A DNA stretch of 63,900 nucleotides, taken from an uncultured Enterobacteriaceae bacterium. Lineage in GTDB: Bacteria; Pseudomonadota; Gammaproteobacteria; Pseudomonadales; Pseudohongiellaceae. The notes below the pieces were generated by a model that was not told the DNA's origin, did not search any database, and saw only the letters and a list, made by a program, of their open reading frames with translations. The translations under genes and the position numbers were made by a program. The stretch lies in NCBI GenBank assembly GCA_964601805.1, contig CAZROW010000002.1, positions 21,172 to 85,071 of the forward strand, read 5' to 3'. Position 1 is the first letter of the stretch; each line of letters starts with the position of its first letter. Of the stretch, positions 59,645-63,900 are shown piece by piece.

Positions 59645-62600
59645 CTACACTGCCACCATTTCTGCAGCTTCATCAATATCCACGGCCACCAGCCTGGAGA
59701 CACCCGGCTCATGCATGGTGACACCCAGTAACTGGTGGGCATATTCCATGGTGATACGGTTATGGGTGATGAAAATGAACTGCACCATGGACGACATTTC
59801 CTTGACCATGTCGGCATAACGCCCGACATTGGCATCATCCAGCGGGGCATCCACCTCATCGAGCATACAAAACGGTGAAGGATTGAGCCGGAAAATGGAA
59901 AATACCAGCGCAATGGCGGTCATGGCTTTTTCACCCCCCGAGAGCAGGTGAATGGTGCTGTTTTTCTTGCCCGGCGGACGTGCCATGATTTCAACGCCGG
60001 TATCCAGCAGGTCTTCTCCCACCATGTTCAGGTAAGCATGACCACCGCCAAAGACCTTGGGAAACAGCTCCTGCAAGCCATTGTTGATCTTGTCGAAGGT
60101 TTCCTTGAAGCGGTTGCGGGTTTCCTTGTCAATTTTGCGAATGGCGTTTTGCAGGGTCTTCAGCGCCCTTTCCAGGTCTTCGTTCTGGTCATCAAGGTAA
60201 ATCTTGCGTTCTGATTGCGAGTCATACTCGTCAATAGCCGCCAGGTTGATCGCACCCAGGCGGTTGATCCTGTTGCCCAGCTTTTCAAGCTCTTCTTCAC
60301 AATTGGCTTCGGTAATTTCTTCTTCGCTGGCACTGATCCTGTTCAGGACCTGTTCCTTGTCATAACCGTTTTCGGTCAGCTGCTGTTCCAGCGCGGCACG
60401 TTTCACGGTGTCCCCTTCAATACCCAGGCGCTTGTTGGACAGCTCGTCTCGAATGCGCTGGGACTCTTCCTGGGAGGTATTGCGGGCAGCTTCCAGTTCC
60501 CGTTTCTGATGATCAATTTCATCCACCCGGGTCTTGGCTTTGCCCAGGTCGCTTTCAATATTGTGACGGGACGCCAGCTTTTCTTCCAGCTCTTCCTTGA
60601 GTGCCGGGATGGGTACATCGGCCTGTTGCAGGTATTCGGTCAACTGCGTCTGGCGGGTTTGATAGGACTCCACCTGGTTCGACAGGCGTTCCATGTTCTG
60701 CTGCAAGGACTCCAGTTGTGCGGAAGTGGTCTGGTGCTGCAGGGCCAGGCGATGTGACTCATCCTTGTCACGAGCTGCCTTGTCACGAATCGAATCCAGG
60801 GTCTGGCGGTACTCATCACGGCTTTCGATCAGTACTTCACGGCGCACGGTATGCTGCTCCATGCGATCAAGAATGCCTTCCAGGTTTTCCCGGGACTGGC
60901 GGATATTGGCCTTTTCCGTATCCAGTTGCTTCTCGAGTTCGGCAATTTCCACGGTCAGACGCTCACGGCGTTTCTCGGCCTGCTCAATCTTGGTCAGGCG
61001 TGCCGACTTGTCAGCACTCAGTTCGGTGAGGGAGCGGTTGACGTCAGTCAGCTCGTGTAACAACCCGTCACGGTCATTTTCCAGGGTTTGCAACAGAGCT
61101 TCTTCGTTCCTGAGCTTGTCTGCAGTCTGGCTAATCTGGTTTTCCGCATTGCTGATCGCGGTCTCCAGGGCTTCCAGTTCCTGCTGGCGCTGGATGACAC
61201 CGGCCTTTTCATCGAAATCCCGGGCTACACGCAACCATGAGGGTCCCAGCCACAGTCCCTCTGGTGTGATCAATGATTCACCAGGATTCAGGCTGCCGCG
61301 TTGGGCCATGGCTTCCTGCAGGGATTCCACGCAATAGATGCCGCCCAGGAGCGCATTGAGGTTCTGGGAAGAGCGGACCTTGTCCAGCAAGGGAACGGCC
61401 TGCAAACCGGGGTTGGCCGCAGCCTGACCGCCGGCATAGGACGTATCGATCAGTTGCAGGCTGCCTTCGTTAAAATCGCCCAGGAATTCGGATACGGCAT
61501 CCAGGCTGTCGACACAGACCGCCTGGAGGCTGCCGCCAAGGACCATTTCCATGGCGGTCTGCCATTTGTCCTCGACCTGCAGGTTATCGCCAAGGCGGGG
61601 TTTGCCGGCCAGGTTGTTGCGTTCCAGCCAGCTGATGGTGCTCCGGTCATTCCGGCCAAGCGCGGCTTTCTGCAGGGCTTCCAGCGAGGACTTTTGCCCC
61701 AGCATGGACTGCAGTTTGCTGCGCTTTTCATTCAGTTCGTTGTTCGAGTTCCTGATGGCCTGGCGGGCACGCTCGATCTTTTCATTCAGTGCCGCGCGAC
61801 CTGCTTCAAAAGACTCCTGCTTTTCCATCAGGCCCTTGAGTTTCTCTTCCAGGTCCTGCAGGTCACCGGTGTCAGGTGTTTCCAGGTTGTCCTGCTCATG
61901 CTTGAGCGAGGCGCGGCGCTGCTTGCCCCGGTCGACAATATTTTCCAGGTGGTTGATGCGCTCCTGTTCCACTTCCGCTTTCTGGGAAGTTTCCGAGGCA
62001 TCTTCGTTGAAGGTATCCCACTCCTGTTGCCAGTTGGACATCTTTTCTTCGGCCTGGGCCAGGGCTGCAGTGGATTCCTGCTCTCGTGAGCGCGCAGCTT
62101 CCAGTTGCGGTTCGATCTCAGCCAGGCTTGTCTTCAGTTCGGATATTTTCTGTACATCCTGCCCCAGTTCACTCTGGAAGTGCTCCAGGGACTGCTTGAT
62201 TTCGCCCAGATCCAGTTCCAGCTGTTGTTTGCGCTGCCCCTGGTATTCAATATTCTGCTCGATACGGGTGATTTCACTGCCCAGGGAATAATAGGTGCTC
62301 TGGATTTCCTGGTAGGCATCATTGGCCTCGGTACCCTCTTCCCGCATTTTCTCCATGTCAGCTTCCAGGGAGCGTGTTCGGGCAACATTGGCTTCCAGGG
62401 CGATTTCCAGTTCGCTGATTTTCTGTTGGGCACCGCTGACAGTCTCATTCAGGCGCTGCCAGCGCAGGGCCTGCAGGTTGGCCGTGGTATCACGTTCCTG
62501 TTGCTTGTATTCCTTGTAACGCTCGGCAGCACGGGCCTGGCGCTGCAGGTGCTGCAGCTGGCGTTCCAGTTCTTCCCGAATATCGGTCAGGCGTTCCAGG

Positions 62601-63169
62601 TTTTCCCGGGTGCGCTTGATCCGGTTCTCGGTCTCCCGGCGGCGTTCCTTGTACTTGGAAATACCGGCGGCTTCCTCGATGAAGACACGCAACTCCTCGG
62701 GTTTGGACTCGATGAGATTGGACACCATGCCCTGCTCGATAATGGAATAACTGCGGGGGCCCAGGCCAGTGCCCAGGAAAATATCCTGGATGTCACGGCG
62801 GCGGCACTTGGTGCCATTGAGCATATAGGTGGACTGCGCTTCACTGTTGACGACACGCTTGACCGAAATATCGGTAAAGGCCGCATATTCACCCTTGATG
62901 GTGTGGTCGGAGTTATCGAAGATGAGCTCAACAGAGGCCTGTCCGACCGGTTTGCGGTTGGAGGAGCCGTTGAAGATGACGTCTGTGAGATTCTCGCCAC
63001 GCAGTTTGCTGGCAGAACTTTCACCCATGACCCAGCGCACGGCATCAATAATATTGGATTTGCCGCAGCCATTGGGACCGACGACGGCACAAAGATTACT
63101 GGGGAGGTTGACTGTTGTCGGGTCTACAAACGACTTGAATCCTGCGAGTTTAATACTTTTTAATCGCAT
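59645..63169 (-). CDS. smc: Chromosome partition protein Smc
   Basis: Start at MRLKSIKLAGFKSFVDPT with Walker A GPNGCGKSN, long coiled coils, a hinge, signature LSGGEK and Walker B FCMLDEVDAPLD. Confidence 0.95.
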   Translation of the reverse strand: MRLKSIKLAGFKSFVDPTTVNLPSNLCAVVGPNGCGKSNIIDAVRWVMGESSASKLRGENLTDVIFNGSSNRKPVGQASVELIFDNSDHTIKGEYAAFTDISVKRVVNSEAQSTYMLNGTKCRRRDIQDIFLGTGLGPRSYSIIEQGMVSNLIESKPEELRVFIEEAAGISKYKERRRETENRIKRTRENLERLTDIREELERQLQHLQRQARAAERYKEYKQQERDTTANLQALRWQRLNETVSGAQQKISELEIALEANVARTRSLEADMEKMREEGTEANDAYQEIQSTYYSLGSEITRIEQNIEYQGQRKQQLELDLGEIKQSLEHFQSELGQDVQKISELKTSLAEIEPQLEAARSREQESTAALAQAEEKMSNWQQEWDTFNEDASETSQKAEVEQERINHLENIVDRGKQRRASLKHEQDNLETPDTGDLQDLEEKLKGLMEKQESFEAGRAALNEKIERARQAIRNSNNELNEKRSKLQSMLGQKSSLEALQKAALGRNDRSTISWLERNNLAGKPRLGDNLQVEDKWQTAMEMVLGGSLQAVCVDSLDAVSEFLGDFNEGSLQLIDTSYAGGQAAANPGLQAVPLLDKVRSSQNLNALLGGIYCVESLQEAMAQRGSLNPGESLITPEGLWLGPSWLRVARDFDEKAGVIQRQQELEALETAISNAENQISQTADKLRNEEALLQTLENDRDGLLHELTDVNRSLTELSADKSARLTKIEQAEKRRERLTVEIAELEKQLDTEKANIRQSRENLEGILDRMEQHTVRREVLIESRDEYRQTLDSIRDKAARDKDESHRLALQHQTTSAQLESLQQNMERLSNQVESYQTRQTQLTEYLQQADVPIPALKEELEEKLASRHNIESDLGKAKTRVDEIDHQKRELEAARNTSQEESQRIRDELSNKRLGIEGDTVKRAALEQQLTENGYDKEQVLNRISASEEEITEANCEEELEKLGNRINRLGAINLAAIDEYDSQSERKIYLDDQNEDLERALKTLQNAIRKIDKETRNRFKETFDKINNGLQELFPKVFGGGHAYLNMVGEDLLDTGVEIMARPPGKKNSTIHLLSGGEKAMTAIALVFSIFRLNPSPFCMLDEVDAPLDDANVGRYADMVKEMSSMVQFIFITHNRITMEYAHQLLGVTMHEPGVSRLVAVDIDEAAEMVAV

Positions 63170-63488
63170 TGATTGCGAATACCCTGACAACGAGATGGTC
63201 TAACAAATTATTCAAACAAGTGTATCTGATTCGTCCACCAAACTCATTAAGAATTTATCCACAGGTGAGTAAAAATTTACATCCGGCGACTCGGATATCT
63301 GACAGGAATACTGAGCCCGGCAAAGGCCGGCATCCCGATAGGAAAATAATCCATAGGTCACCCGCTTATTCAATGGTAGAATGCGCGCCCTGTTATGAAT
63401 GAAGACATAACAGGCTGAATTTTAAAGATATTTTAATCGCACCCACCGCGAATACTGAAAATACCAGGTACTGCCCCACTTTTTTTAC

Positions 63489-63900
63489 ATGACCATCTAC
63501 GCCGTCCCGATAGCTTTTTTCACCTGCCTGATTGCCATCCTGCTTCTGCGCCCGCTGGCGCGCAAACTGGGCCTCATGGACGCTCCCGGTGGCCGCAAAA
63601 CACACAGCAAGGACACCCCCCTGATTGGCGGGCTGGGTATCTTCATCGGCCTGCTGGCAGGCTGCCTGATGAGCCCGGACGTCCTGGCCCATTACCAGCC
63701 ACTGCTCATCATATCCTGCCTGCTGTTACTGACCGGCCTGGTCGATGATTACTACCCTTTGCCCGCCATCGGCAGGATGGCGATACAGGTCATCGCCGCC
63801 TGGCTGATGGTCAGCTACGGCCAAAACGAATTGGTGACACTGGGGAAACTGGTCGGGGATTGGGAGATGTTTCTGGGCCGTTACAGCACCCTGATGACCA
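63489..63900 (+). CDS. Glycosyltransferase family 4 polyprenyl-phosphate sugar-1-P transferase (WecA/MraY-like), 3'-truncated by the window edge
   Basis: Not in the ORF track because it has no stop. The ATG at 63489 translates to MTIYAVPIAFFTCLIAILLLRPLARKLGLMDAPGGRKTHSKDTPLIGGLGIF...LTGLVDDYYPL, the typical WecA N-terminus with the DD motif. Confidence 0.75.
   Translation, partial: MTIYAVPIAFFTCLIAILLLRPLARKLGLMDAPGGRKTHSKDTPLIGGLGIFIGLLAGCLMSPDVLAHYQPLLIISCLLLLTGLVDDYYPLPAIGRMAIQVIAAWLMVSYGQNELVTLGKLVGDWEMFLGRYSTLMT

Noticed and set aside
63255-63263. Perfect DnaA box TTATCCACA between smc and the wecA-like gene
   Set aside because: It is a single isolated box with no cluster of boxes, AT-rich DUE or GATC enrichment. 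One occurrence in 64 kb on two strands is about what chance would give, so this is not an origin.
63393-63692. 99-aa minus-strand ORF from the track
   Set aside because: It is antisense to a much better plus-strand reading frame that encodes a WecA/MraY-type N-terminus running off the window edge.

Overview
This looks like a gammaproteobacterial chromosomal segment, about 90% coding, and most of it is recognisable housekeeping. It contains mfd, csiV-like, mtnP, nfuA, a cysI-type sulfite reductase with its DUF934 partner, sohB, dnaQ, rnhA, gloB, a four-gene peptide ABC importer, and the conserved block ppiD-hupB-lon-clpX-clpP-tig. Further on are msrB, alaA, pdxB, tusA, ttcA, bolA, rbgA, an M16C protease, a CDF transporter, djlA, ligA-zipA-smc, and a truncated wecA-like gene at the right edge that the ORF track misses. 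I found no rRNA, tRNA, CRISPR array, transposase or integrase. Two stretches look accessory. (1) 28.0-36.2 kb starts with a roughly 950-bp non-coding, partly AT-rich spacer carrying nested inverted repeats. It is followed by an envelope cluster: an MMPL/RND-type exporter with an in-frame acidic D-G-F tandem repeat, a DUF6502-like protein, an orphan Gly-rich membrane protein, a small OM barrel, and a TPR+DUF560 (Slam-like) barrel with no obvious lipoprotein cargo. (2) 43.6-50.2 kb is a one-strand cluster: a PQQ dehydrogenase with a lanthanide-type Asp signature and no vicinal Cys-Cys, a two-subunit cupin dioxygenase whose ligand spacing matches hydroquinone 1,2-dioxygenase PnpCD/HapCD, an aldehyde dehydrogenase, a PAPS-type sulfotransferase and a TauE/SafE exporter. 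I consider cluster (2) the best candidate for an undescribed pathway. Smaller oddities are a djlA whose conserved N-terminus lies upstream of any canonical start codon (possible CTG start overlapping the upstream TGA), a ttcA-tusA operon, and several short tandem or inverted repeats in promoter regions. All functional calls come from reading the translations and recalling family motifs; no database search was run.
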